The notes below the pieces were generated by a model. That model worked only from the letters and a program-made list of their open reading frames with translations. It was not told the DNA's origin and did not search any database. 64,000 nt of DNA from Antechinus flavipes (Eukaryota): contig NC_067399.1 in assembly GCF_016432865.1 (NCBI RefSeq), forward strand, positions 20,336,001-20,400,000. The letters run 5' to 3'. The translations under genes were made by a program, and so were the position numbers. Shown here piece by piece: positions 26,294 to 38,800 of the stretch (position 1 is its first letter; every line of letters begins with the position of its first letter).

Positions 26294-26629
26294 TACACCC
26301 AGAGAAAGAATTCTGGGAGATGACTATGAACCAATACATAGAATTCCCAGTCCCTCTATTTTTGTCCGCCTGCATTTTCAATTTTCTTCACAGGCTAATT
26401 GTACACTATTTCAAAGTTCGACTCTTTTTATACAGCAAAATAATGATTTGGACATGTACACATATATTGTATTTAACTTATTCTTTAACATATTTAACAT
26501 GTATTGGTCAACCTGCCATCTGGGGAAAGGGATGGGGGAAGGAGGGGAAAAGTTGGAACAAAAGGTTTTGCAACTGTCAATGATGAAAAACTACCCATGC
26601 ATATAACTTGTAAATAAAAAGCCACAAAA

Positions 26630-26663
<34 letters not shown>
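26294..26663 (+). mobile_element. Young L1 3'UTR with (TAAA)n tail and imperfect TSD
   Basis: aataaatgggtttagc (26278) vs aataaatgggcttggc (26664); typical dasyurid-type L1 3'UTR. Confidence 0.85.
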
Positions 26664-26668
<5 letters not shown>

Positions 26669-27220
26669 ATGGGCTTGGCCCCAAAAAGGAGTTGAGAAAA
26701 AGGCAATTTCCTTTTTGCAGGAGTGGGGGCCTATGGATGTGGACCATCAAAAATGTTATCTGACAGTTTCTATTTTGGTTCACCTTTAATTGATGGAGAG
26801 TGCTGCTTCCTCTCATATCTTCCAAGAGTCTTTTCCTTCAGTAATCTGAAAGGGTTGACCTCCTCTACCTTTCCTGTCAGGGCTGGAAGTCAGAAGCCCC
26901 TTGAGAAATGCAAGGTTTCAAGAGAGCACTAGAAGATGCAAAGAGAACTTCAGAACTCTCCTCAACTCCCAGTCTTTCCACAGGGCAGATCATTCATCTC
27001 CATCCATGAGGAAAGAGTCTCATACCACTGGCCTTTGGGACAAGGGTTATATTTTCTTTATTCTTTAAAAAAAAAAAAAGGTATGTAAGGGGGGAGAAAT
27101 GAGAAACAAAGATGTCAAGAAACATGAAATGTATAAGAAAACTTTAAATTAAAATGTGTACTAGGTCACTTGGGAACAGTTAGATGCTTTTCTCTGCCCT
27201 TTTCTTCCAGGGCTACATGA

Positions 27221-27229
27221 TTCCAGGAA
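27221..27229. promoter_or_regulatory. GAS/STAT palindrome TTCCAGGAA upstream of REG-B
   Basis: Exact match ~440 bp upstream of the TATA box. Confidence 0.4.
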
Positions 27230-27663
27230 TGAATATACAGAAAGAATATGGACTCACCTTTGGACCTTTGGACCTTCCTTCCATTAGCCTGGCTCCCAAG
27301 CAGTGTTTCTCTGCTCTTTTAGGATTCTATCACACTTCCCTCTCAATCCCAATTAAGAAATTTGTGAAAGGTGATTTGCCCTTGGATCTATTTCCAGCAT
27401 TATAGGAATGGGCAGCAGGAGACCTTCAGAAAAGGGACTCACCCTGTGCCCCTCCCAGGACAAACCTTTGTCCCCGCGTCTTATGAAGAGGCTGTTGCCA
27501 GTATGTATCTGCTACTTGGGAGACTTCAGATAGATGCCAGGAATATTGCTCATCAGCATATGCACTCTGACCCCATATGAATTTTCCGCCTCCTCCCACA
27601 TTTCTCAGCTCCTTATTAGCTATTTTTCATTCCTGCCCGTGTCACCTCCCCCTGAATCCAACC

Positions 27664-27720
27664 TATAAAGGTCCTGTCACAGGCTGCTCAGACACACCAT
27701 CCCTCAGCCCTGTCACACAG
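27664..27720 (+). promoter_or_regulatory. TATA box and non-coding exon 1 of REG-B
   Basis: TATAAA at 27664-27669; donor cag|gtaagt at 27720/27721. Confidence 0.8.
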
Positions 27721-28099
27721 GTAAGTGGAGGATCTGAAGAACAAGGATGACCTGGGATTCCAGAGACTCTGCTTCCTCTGAATGGAGGAGCATAAATCTT
27801 GGGGTGGGGGGTGCTGCCTTTGGGAGAAGGGCTGGCAGATGGTCATCCTGAAAGTGGGATGGAGTGCTACGCCAGGCAACCATCAGCTTGTCTGCTATTC
27901 CCAGAGGCCCCAGTTTCCCATAGATCTGAGGAAGGGGGGGAGATGTCACAAGAATCTGCCCCCAGGTCTGGAGGGCGGAAGAAAGCGAGCACAGAAGATC
28001 TTTTGTCTCCCCTTTCCCGATCCCATCTCTGAGATCTGCTCTGGGTCAAGGTGTTCTGTACCTTAGAGTCTGGGCTTTCTGTCCCTTCAGACTGAGACC

Positions 28100-30694
28100 A
28101 TGCTGCCCCAGATAATGGCCCCCAGTTTCTCCAAGCTGCTCCTGGTCTGCCTGCTGCTCGTAGGCCTGGAATGTGGTGAGTGCTTCTTGTCCTTCCTCCC
28201 TGACTTGGGATGTGCTTGGGGACAGCCTCATGGTTATGTAGAGAGAGGGAGAACAGACTCATGGGGAAAAAGGAAGAAGGGGAAGAAGAAGCAAGGAGGA
28301 GAGGGACATTCAGGAATCCCAGAGGGCAGTAGCTCCAGATCTCTGCTCTCTAGTCCCTTCTCATCCCTCTTTCAGGTGAGACTGCCTCTACTGCTGCTGC
28401 TGCTGGTGCTGCTGCTGCCTCTTTTCGGCGGGCCTGTCCTGAAGGGTCCAAAGCATTTGGTTCTTACTGCTATGGCTTGTTCAGTATGTTAGAGACCTGG
28501 GATGCTGCAGAGGTTGGTTGGGGAAGGTTCCCAAGCAGGGATGGGGATATCCGTTTTTTCTCTTTTATCACAGTGCCCCTTGAGTCTTAGTCATGGACAT
28601 TTAACCCTTCCTCTGTCTCTAGGAAGGTCCCACACTCTCCTCTAGTTCCCTGAAGATGTGATCTCTGTCTTGTCTCCTATTCTTCACCTTATATGAGGAA
28701 AACTCTCTTCTCTCTTCCCCTAAGGTGAACTGCCAGAGCCAGACTTCAGGCCATCTGGTTTCCCTGATGAATGAGGCAGAAGCTTCCTTTGTGGCCTCTC
28801 TAGTGGCTGAGAGCGGAGGCAGCCGGTGTGGCATCTGGATTGGTCTCTATGACCCTAACAAGGTTTGTCCTGCAGACTCTGCTAGTCCTTTTGCCTGCCC
28901 AGATTATTAGAGAAGGGGATGGGGGCCTGCTCAGAAAACATCATCCTCTTCTCCTTTGGAGCTTTAGGAAAAGGGAATTGGAAGGAGGTGAGGGGGCTAA
29001 GGAAGACCATTTCCAGTGGTATCTAGCTTTTATGACTCCATCCAGGTGTCTCTAGTCAGAATCAAGCTATCCAAACTCAATTTATTTCACACACATGCCC
29101 CATACCTCATTCAAACTCCTATTTCTTCTCATCATGGCTATTCACATTATTGGAGGTCATGGTCTCCATCCTAATGGAAATAAAACATAAAATCACCTCA
29201 CTTTTTTTTTAGAGAACCAAACAAATGATAGATAAGGGAGAAATGTTCATAGTTGGTAAAGAAGAACATGTTAACCCCTTAGAAACATATTAATACCTCA
29301 TCATCTGTTATATTTTCTAAGCTATAGGGAAGAGATTTGAGGCTAGTAATGTAATATTTTCTCTGCTGATATAAAGGATAAGGAGTTGATTTCTCCCCCT
29401 TCTCCAGATCATAGATTATAATTCCAGATGATGAGGAGCTAATGTGTTGCTGAGCAGTTAACACCCTCTCTTTCTCACTGTGACTTGAGAGAGTAATATC
29501 TGAAACACTAGACAGAGGCTAGCCTAAGACTCCATTGGCTGACCAGGACTGTCTGGGCTGTAGATGATCAGAGTGGGGACCCATCAGTATGGGGGAAGTT
29601 AGGGAAGGCTTCCTAGAGGAGATGGGCTTTTTATTAGATCCTGCAGAGAATTTGAAAGCTCTTCTAAGACCAGTTAGTCCAGTCTTTGCACCAAATAGAA
29701 TTACTTCCCCCCATATTAAATTCAAGTGTACCAAGTCTTCTAGAAAAGACAAGGAGAGAGGAAGGAAAACAAAAGTATCTCCCCTCAATATGAGTGAAGT
29801 GGATACTTCTAATCCCCAATGTGTTAATTAGCAAATACAGAGAGTTAGGGTCAAGGGGAGGCATTTGTGATACAAGGAATTTTGATGGAGAAAGGGAACC
29901 GATCATCTCCAACATGAGCCATTAGGATTTAAACAAGTCTAATTGTCAGGAAGCCTTTTTTACATCAAGATTAAATTCTCTTTGCAATGTACCCCCATTG
30001 CTTCAAACTTTGATCAAGAGCAACAAGGCTAATCTGACTTCCATATTATACGTCAGGTCCTTGTATCTAGGATTTTAAGGACTAGCTGATTGGATTATTT
30101 GAAATTCTAAGAGGGAGATGGGATCTGGAAACACTGAGTGGGAAAACAAATGTGGGGAATTTTGAGGAGAGTGAGGAAAGATTGTGTATGTTTGGAGGGG
30201 TTCTCTAATCACTGCCTTCCCCCTACAGACCCGGCGTTGGAAATGGAGCAGCAATGCCCTGTTCACCTACCAGGCCTGGGCTACAAAAGCCCCAAGCAAT
30301 ACCAGTCCTGGATACTGTGCGACCTTGACACCAGAAACAGGTGAGACAAAAAAAATTACAAAGAAACTCTGTGTATTTGCTAACTAACACATTGGGGATT
30401 AGAAGTATCCACTTCACCCATATTAAGGGGAGATACTTTTGTTTCCCTTCCTTTCTTCTCCTTGTTTCTAGTAACCACAAACCTCTAAGCAGCTTTAAGT
30501 TTGCTAGTACTTTGGGGGTCTGGGAATGCTTTGAATCCCAGGGCTGGGGGTTAAGATTACTAGGCCGTGGAACCACAAATTCCAGTATACCTGCTTCTCA
30601 GCATGATGAATCATGTCTTTTCTTAGGATTCAAAAACTGGAAAGATCAACTATGTAGCAACAAAAACTTCTACATCTGCAAGTTCAAATCCTAA
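28100..30694 (+). CDS. REG/lithostathine-like secreted C-type lectin B, 176 aa
   Basis: Coding exons 28100-28175, 28376-28512, 28725-28862, 30229-30340, 30627-30694; all GT-AG; 531 nt. Protein: MLPQIMAPSFSKLLLVCLLLVGLECGETASTAAAAGAAAASFRRACPEGSKAFGSYCYGLFSMLETWDAAEVNCQSQTSGHLVSLMNEAEASFVASLVAESGGSRCGIWIGLYDPNKTRRWKWSSNALFTYQAWATKAPSNTSPGYCATLTPETGFKNWKDQLCSNKNFYICKFKS. AATAAA at 30903-30908. Confidence 0.93.
29740..30471. repeat. Inverted repeat (arms 29740-29846 and 30365-30471) bracketing REG-B exon 5
   Basis: Arms are reverse complements with a perfect 33-bp block taacacattggggattagaagtatccacttcac; the ORF track echoes it as LGIRSIHFTHI on both strands. Confidence 0.92.
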
Positions 30695-30972
30695 AGATTA
30701 CAAGACAGGGAAAGGAGTTGGAATTCTGCATTCGTGGGATCAAACCTTGACCTCTGAGGAATCTGGCTCTAGGCTCTCTGTCCTAATATGTATCTTCCTT
30801 TTGTAATTGCCCTTCAGCCCCTTCCCTTTCCTATAGGGAATATCTCCTTCCTCCATTTACATTTCTTTGAGGGCTGCCTGGTATAAAACACCAGGCAACC
30901 AGAATAAACCATTATCTTTTCTAAGCTTCTTTGTCTGGTATCATATTTGTTTGAAGACTGATTATGGGTTAT

Positions 30973-31011
<39 letters not shown>

Positions 31012-31260
31012 CAGAAGATGGAGATCTCATGATATGTAGGAAGGGGTACCTTTTCCATTTTCCTCCCAGAAACAATATTCATTCACTCACTAGATATTTG
31101 TTGAGCATTTAATTTATATCTGACATGGATAAATAAATAATAATAAATAAATAAAATGACATGGTCTCCTGGAGACCAAAGGGAACACCTCCCCAATACT
31201 GTGGCTTAGTAAATTGATTTTGTGAACCCAAGCATAAGAATTTATACTTATCCCTATTAA

Positions 31261-32136
31261 TTCTCAGAGTCATTCCAGAGACTTAGTTGGTTAACAGCAA
31301 AGATCACAATTTAGTTTGTCTGGCATAGGACTCCTTTTGTCCCTACTCTTTTATCTTGAATTTACTCTCAAAGTAAGTTACTTACACCTTATCCCTTAGA
31401 GGGACAATTAACACTCAGGTTTCTAGCTACTATTGTAGTTCGCAAAGGTGCTTCCCATCAATATTCATCCAGGTAGATATAAGTTTTTATTGATTCTTTT
31501 TCAAGAGATGGGATTATTTAAATATTCACCTTCCTGTTCTGTTAATCTGAGCAGTAAATATTCATCTATTTCCTGTAGATTGTCAGATTTATTGGCGTAT
31601 GATTGGGCAAAATAGTACCTAATACTTGCTTTAATTTCATCTTAACTGGTGATGAAAAAATGAAGAATGAATTCAATTCCTTTTTATTTCCATTTTACTT
31701 TCTCCAGAGGTCTATCATATCCAAGATTTCTAAGATAAATAAAATTATCTCCTTAAGTTCTTTCTTGTTAGTTCTGAGAGGAAACTTGAGATCCCTTACT
31801 ATGATAGTTTTATTATATTTCCTTCTGTAGCTCATTTACAGACAGAGAGAGAAAGAGAAAGATAGAGAAAGAGAGACAGAGACAGAGAGCCACAGAGATA
31901 GATAGAGATAATGATGGCCCAACTAAATCTTCAAACAAAAATGATACACCTTTACGAACTACAATAGTAGCTAGAAACCTGAGTGTTAATTGTCCCTCTA
32001 AGGGATAAGTTGTAAGTAAGTTACTTTGAGAGTAAATTCAAGATAAAAGAGTAGGGACAAAAGGAGTCCTATGCCAGACAAACTAAATTGTGGTCTTTGC
32101 TGTTAACCAACTAAGTCTCTGGAATGACTCTGAGAA
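31261..32136. repeat. Near-perfect 190-bp inverted repeat (arms 31261-31450 and 31947-32136) with an L1-containing spacer
   Basis: Manual reverse-complement alignment gives 4 mismatches in 190 bp; spacer is 496 bp. Confidence 0.95.
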
Positions 32137-32149
32137 ATATCCTAGCTGT

Positions 32150-32690
32150 TGTTCCATTTTTATTGCCATTTGTCCTTCATTTCCAAAGGGAACCAATGAC
32201 ATCATGGGATGATGTCTTGACTCCTTCATGAATAAGATTTAAGTTAAGCAGTGTTGCACAAAGCCATGAGTATCACTCTTTCTTTCAGAGTTATTGAAAT
32301 CTAGTGGCAAGATAAAAGTAAAAAAGATTAGTGATGGTCCAGAATCAGAGGATGACTGTTGCATCTCAATGTCTGACCAAGTTGTAAACACCCTCTATGG
32401 ATACTGGAACAAAAATTGTTCTCTTTCACTCATTCAATCAGGGGAAATCTTGGGGTAGACATCTGTGTAACTCACTAAATGGGTTTGAGAATTGTTGAGT
32501 ACTCTCAACCTGGTTTAATCCATCTGCTGAGACAGTTTATAGGATTGTGGACACTGCACATGCTATAGCTTCTTGGAGGTATACATGATAATTGGGGGTA
32601 GAAAAGTGGATAATTAGCCTTGAAAAGGGCTTAACAGACCTACACATCACAGTTGCTAGCACTCCCGAATACCTCACACATCCCTGTTCC
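32150..32690 (-). mobile_element. Marsupial WALLSI/RTE-SINE-like element
   Basis: gttgtt tail and gtccttcatt...gaccaatgacatc strings recalled from marsupial SINE families; related piece at 24740-24830. Confidence 0.45.
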
Positions 32691-34329
32691 ATCTACAAGC
32701 TATAAATATCAAAATCCTGAGGCAAAAATCTCTTATCTCTCAACAGGACATTAGCATAAAAGCTAGAGAATATTTCAGTGCAGACAATAATAACTCACAT
32801 TTGCATAAGGCTCCAATGCTGCCAAAAAATCGAGACTTTCATTTTTGACTTTGTATACCCAATATCATAGGACACAATAAAATTTTATTGTTTGAGAAGT
32901 AGCATTTTACAAATAAGAAAACTGAGGCTTAGAAAATGTGAGTGACTTGTCCATGATCATATCACTCTGGCTGGTGACAGGGGGGACAAAGAACAGCAGG
33001 GTTGGAATAACAATGACTTCTTCAATATCTAAGAGTCTAATCAGTACTTAATTCTGCATAGTTCATCTGAAAGCCACCAAAAATGGCTAAAGAAGAAGGC
33101 ATTACTTCTACCCTATTTCAAGAAATGATGCTGTGTGTCAGCATTCAGCCAGCTTCCATGTGGTTTTTATCTTCCCATGCAGATAGGCAGGCAGGAAACA
33201 AGCATTAATAGGACAGTCGTTGTGTGCCAGGTACTGTTCCACCAGATATCAGGCAGAGACTGGTAGGGGCAATGATGAAGAAATGGCCCTGGTCTGTGGG
33301 TTCATTACAGAGATAGGACTTACAGACTTATGGGCTGTGTTGCATTTGTGATGAGGAAGAGTCAGCAGAAAAGTTTAGCTGGGCAGCTGGGTCAGCAATG
33401 GTCAGTGTTGGACATTAAGAGGAGTTCAAATCCGATATCAGATTTTGCCAACTGGGTAACACTATTTAAGGTCACTTCTTTACAGCAAGTTACTTTCCAG
33501 CAAAAGTTTCCTATGCAAGGCTATGTGTGGGAGCCTCTCTAGGCCCATGGGGAAAAGAGGAACAGGGACAGTAGGGAAATGGAAACCTTGAATCAATACT
33601 TCTCCTTTTTCCAACTGCCCCCTGACCTTTCTTGGGCTTCATGGCGCCACTTCATTTTAGCGGAACTGGGGGACTCATGAACTCTACTGTGGGTTTTAAT
33701 GCTCAGGTTATCTGGAGAATAGAACTAAACCTAAAATCATAACCCATTTTATACCTTTAAGGCAAGGAAAATCAACAGGAAGGAGTGGGAGCAGGTGACT
33801 CTCTCCGGCTAAGGGAACATTAGTATGTGTCTATTTGCTCTTCAGGCTCAGGGCTCCCTCTGTGGTCTGAGACATGATCAGCTTAAGTCTAACAGTTTTG
33901 GGTCATAGGATTATAGATTTACATCTGCAAATGGACATGAAGATCATTGAGTCCAAGATACTCATTTTAAAGATAAGGAAACTGAGGCTCAAAGGGAAAG
34001 TGATTCATTCAAGATCACCCAGTAAGTAAATAGAAGAGGCCAGAATTTGAACCTCAGTTTTCTAAATTTCAACAGAGATTATTCTTGGTTGTTCATTGTC
34101 TCTTCTTCATAGACAAAGACAATCCATCTGATTTACTCTTAGTAAATTAACCATGATTCATGTATATGTGCTTTTTAAATAATAATGATTGTTTTCTGAT
34201 TATATTCTGATTATACACATAATATCACAGCACCTCCTAGAAGAGATCTAGAACCACTCAAAGGAATATATATACAGACATATGTCTAAAGGATAGGCAG
34301 CAAAAAAAATGCTCAATAATGCATGGAGA

Positions 34330-34720
34330 AGCACAAAGAGAGAGGTAGGGAGTAAGTAATAAAAAAAATGAAGAATGATTTGGGACCAGAGTGGAACAAA
34401 AGAAAGTAAGCTGGATTGCCTTTTGGAAATCAACAAGCTCTTTTAATGATCCCAAACTTCCAATGGAAGCAATCTTTTCCTCTCCTATCATTGTTGATGA
34501 CATTGTTTCTTTGAGACACGGTATGCTACAATATCGAAGAATTAAAAATGAATATCCTAAAAGAGAACAATGGTGGTTGTAACTAATGTAACAAAGAACA
34601 GATGTAAAGGATGTCCTTAATGAAATGGATAAGAAAAAGAGAATGACTGGTCAGAATGGAAGGGATGACAGGTATAAAGTCAGGGTACTCCACTGGTGTT
34701 CTTGTGATATCAGAAGAAAT
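34330..34720 (+). mobile_element. RTE-clade LINE, RT C-terminal remnant
   Basis: Degenerate frames give WIAFWK..FNDPKL, DVKDVLNEMDKKKR and RVLHW, matching RTE RT C-terminal motifs. Confidence 0.75.
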
Positions 34721-35889
34721 TAAAAAGAGTCACAAACCCACTGTAGTGAATGGTTAAAGAGAAATGAAGACAAAGAGAATGGATAAGCTGAAATGAGGTG
34801 CAATATGATGCACATTGTCTTGAATTGATAGGAACACAGATCCATATGAGGATAGACAGCAGCAACTCACACATATTCCATTCCTCTCTTTGGTCCATAG
34901 CATGCATTTGGGTTAGGCTGAAGAGCCAGGGTGTGTTTGGGACTAGATGTTGAGTCTTTGACCAAAAGAAAAGGCATCCCCTTCCATTCTTAGGAAATGT
35001 CACCAAGCATTTACAGAATCTGAATCTGTGACCTTGATCTCATCAGCTCTCAGGCACCAATGCATGCAGCTCTATCCTAAAGAATGGAAATGCTTTGGAA
35101 TAAGTTGAGGTCAGTCTAGGAAAACTTGAATGAAGAGAGAAGTAAACAGTTTTGAGGGAAGAGACATCAGAGAATAATACAGAAGAGGAGGATTAAAAAG
35201 TCAGAAGGCTTGATGGGCCAGAAAAAAAAAATGACAACAATGAGTCAATATACCAGACTTATGTAATAAAGCTAAAGTAGTCTTTAGGAAAATTTTTTAT
35301 CTCTAAATAATTCCAACAACAAAAGAGAAGGGGAGAAAACAGATCGGTGAATTGGGTAACTAAAAGAAAATTAGAAAAGCAATTGAAAAAACCAAATCAA
35401 AAAACCTCAACTAAATACCAAAGTAGAGATTTTGAAACTCAAAGAAGAGATGAACAAAATTGAAAACAAAAAGTTTAAAAACCATTAAAATGAACAAAAC
35501 CTAACTAAAAGAGTTTTTTTAAAAGAAATTCCATTCAAAATAATGATAGAATATATAAAATAATTAGGAACTTATTTACAGGACTCGTATACAATTAGGA
35601 AATATTCTATAAAAATATTTAGAGAAATTTCATTGTCCATGGGAAAGCAGTGATGATATAATACAACTGAGAACCCAGGGGGCCTTGGAATCCTTCTAAC
35701 GGTCTAGCAGTTTCTAACAAGTCAGCATGGATCTAGGGTTAAGTGTCATCTGCAGACAGCACAGGGTCATAGGCCTATAGAAGCCAAAGGGATGTTGCAG
35801 CTTTATTTCTGTTTTCTGTTTATGGGGAGGAAACATTAAAAGATTCTTACAGAGTCCATCAATAAGAACAGGATTAAGAGCACTCAGCA

Positions 35890-38800
35890 ATGAACAGCAT
35901 AAACCAAGAAGACGTGGATAGAGAAGAACAAGAAGAAGACATGGAAGGCCAACAAAACCAAGAAGCTCATTTCAGTGCATTTAGCCAACGTATCTTCCTA
36001 TGGCCCCGAGGTGAGCCTGCCAAACCCCCTGCCCTCAGCATTAGCTGCCCTTCCATTTCATCTTCCCTCAGACCCTCTTCTAAACAAAGCTTAGTTCAAC
36101 TTATCTCACTACAGCTCCCTTGGCTACTAAAATCTTCATTTTCAGTTTAACCTGGATGTATTTTTCATTCATTCATTCATTCATCTATAGGTTGCCTCCA
36201 TTAGAGTGTATACTCCTAGAGAGTAGGGGCTGTTTTTGCCTTTTTCTTTAACCCTCACACCTAACACAGTTCCTGGTACATAGTGAGTCCTTAATACATA
36301 CTTATTGACTGACTTGTGTCTGTACATTTAGTCAGGGATGGGGGATGAATGGGTTATATGGAACCAGAGGACCAGTCCTACCTTTCTCCCTAGGGACCAC
36401 TTGTGAATGGCACTCAGAAACTTCAGTCTGTGGTTTATTCCTTAAAGTCTGTCAGCCAAAAAGCATGTAAAGCACTAGCCACTGGTAGACAGAAGAAGAA
36501 AGTTAGATTTGAGCTAAGTCTTGAAGGAAGCCAAAGAATCTGAGAAGCATGGAGATTTACAGGGCAGAAGTATAGTGTCAGAAGTACAAAAATCTGGAAA
36601 TAATAGTGTCATATATGAGGAACTGCAAGGAAACCAAAGTAGCTATATCATAGTGTATGTACCATCTCCCCTTGCCCAACCCCATCACCTTGCATTTGCT
36701 TCCTATATTTGTGTGTACACTAATTCGTGATAATGTAAATTTCTCAAAGGCAAGGATTTCCATTTTTCCTTCAGCCTCTATTCATAATCCTCACCCAAAA
36801 CACAGAGCCTATTAAGAATTATCTTCATTAAATTCTTAAAACTGTGTAATATACAACCATCTGGAACTAGAAGATGAACATTGAGAATGGATAAAACACT
36901 TCCTTGAGATCTCTTCTGACTAGAGACTATTTTCTCACACTGACTTTGGATTCAGAAACAAGGATCTGCTGTACCAGTTGCCATCTTGGCCTCCATCTCC
37001 CTTTTCAGTTTAAGGTAGCAGCAGCAGCAGCAGCAGCAGCAGTAGCAGCCTGAATACCATATAATAATGTAGCATAAGTCTTGTGGTCTTTGATAAATAC
37101 CTCCCCCCCCCCAAGAAAACTCCAAGAGTATCCATCTAAGGCACAATAATTGGTCTGTCCAGTTAGGAGTAAAGATCACTAAAAGATCCCATTCAGATCC
37201 TAAGTCTTTTCTCTTGGTTTCCAAGTCGGTTTTCTTTTCCTAACCTCCAAGACCTAACCCAATTCCTTCTTTTAAAGGTTCCTGACAATTGCAGAAATCT
37301 TGCCAGTCTTAAAAATTTTAGAATGTGGAATTCTTAGTTTTTTACATGCTTTTTGTTGCTTTCATTTAGTCTTTGATTTCCACTATTTTTGTTACTTTGG
37401 ATTCTATCAATTTCTGTATTATTTGGCCACATTTTCTTTATTAGTTTTCAGCATTTATGTTTTTTCTCTATGTGTATATGTGTATATGTGTGTGAAAGTC
37501 TTATATATTTGTTTTGTTAATTTATTCATTTTTTTCTATTTTCTATTTAATTCTATTCTATTTCTATTCAAATTCCCTCCTCCTCCCACCTCTCCTCATC
37601 CATTACAAAGGAAAAACAAAATCCATTATAAATATGTAATCATGCAAAACAAATTTTTGCATTAGCCATGTCCAAAAAAGAAAGCTTCAGTCTTCACTCC
37701 GAGTCCATCAGCTTTATAGATGTAGATAGTATATTTAATCATGATTTTTTAAAATTGAAATTAGTCATTGTGCTAATTGGAGTTCCCAAGTCTTCCAAAT
37801 ATGATTATCTTTATATTTTATAAATTGTTCTCCTGGTTCTGCTCATTCATTTTGCCTCAGTTCACACAAGCCTTCCCTTCATTTCTTACAGAATAAGAGT
37901 ATGCTATCTATGTGGAATTTTTGTACACATTAGTCTTTTTCCTCTGTCTTTGATCTCTTTAGGGTATAGAACTAATATTAGGTCAAAAGACATGCATGAT
38001 TTAATAGCTTTGGGGGCATAGTTCCAAATTGCTTTCTAGAATGTTCAGATCAGTTTATATCTCCATCAGCAGGGCATCAAAGTCTCTATTTCTCCATGGT
38101 TTCTTTAAGCATGTCATTTTCTTTTAGTCAACTTAGGCAATCTGATCTGATTGGTGTAAAGCGGTATCTTAGAATTGTTTTAATTTGCATTTCCCTATTT
38201 GTGACTTAGACCATTTCTTTTTCGCATAGCTATTGATAGCTTGAATTTCTTCTTTTAAATAGAACCTATCCATATCCTTTGACCTTTTATCAACTGGAAA
38301 AAGGCTCTTATTTTGATAAATTTAACTTCGTTCACTACATTATCTATGAAATGAGACCTTTATCAAAAAAACTTGTTGCAAAGCTCCCTCCCCAATATTT
38401 TGCTTCTAATTTTAGCTATATTGGCTTTGTTTGTGCAAAACCTTTTTGATTTTTTTTTTATTCTGTCTGAGGCAATTGAGATTCAGTGACTTGCTCAGGG
38501 TCACACAGCTAAGAAGTGTTAAGTATCTGAAATCACATTTGAATTCAGGTTCCCCTGATTTCAGGACTGGTACTTTATCCACTACGCCACCTAGCTGCCC
38601 CCCTTTTGATTTTAAATTATAAAAATTGTCCATTTTGTTGCCCTAGGAAACTCTCATTTGGTTATGAACTGCTCTTCTGTTCATAGATCTGACAGATGAT
38701 TTCTTCCATGAGCCTCTACTCTGCATATGAAGTCATCCTTTATGTCTAAATCATGTACTTATTTTCAGCTTATCTTGATATATAATATTAGTCTATATCT

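Noticed and set aside
36952-37224. Minus-strand ORF with a poly-Cys run
   Set aside because: Simply the (CAG/CTG)n microsatellite in intron 1.
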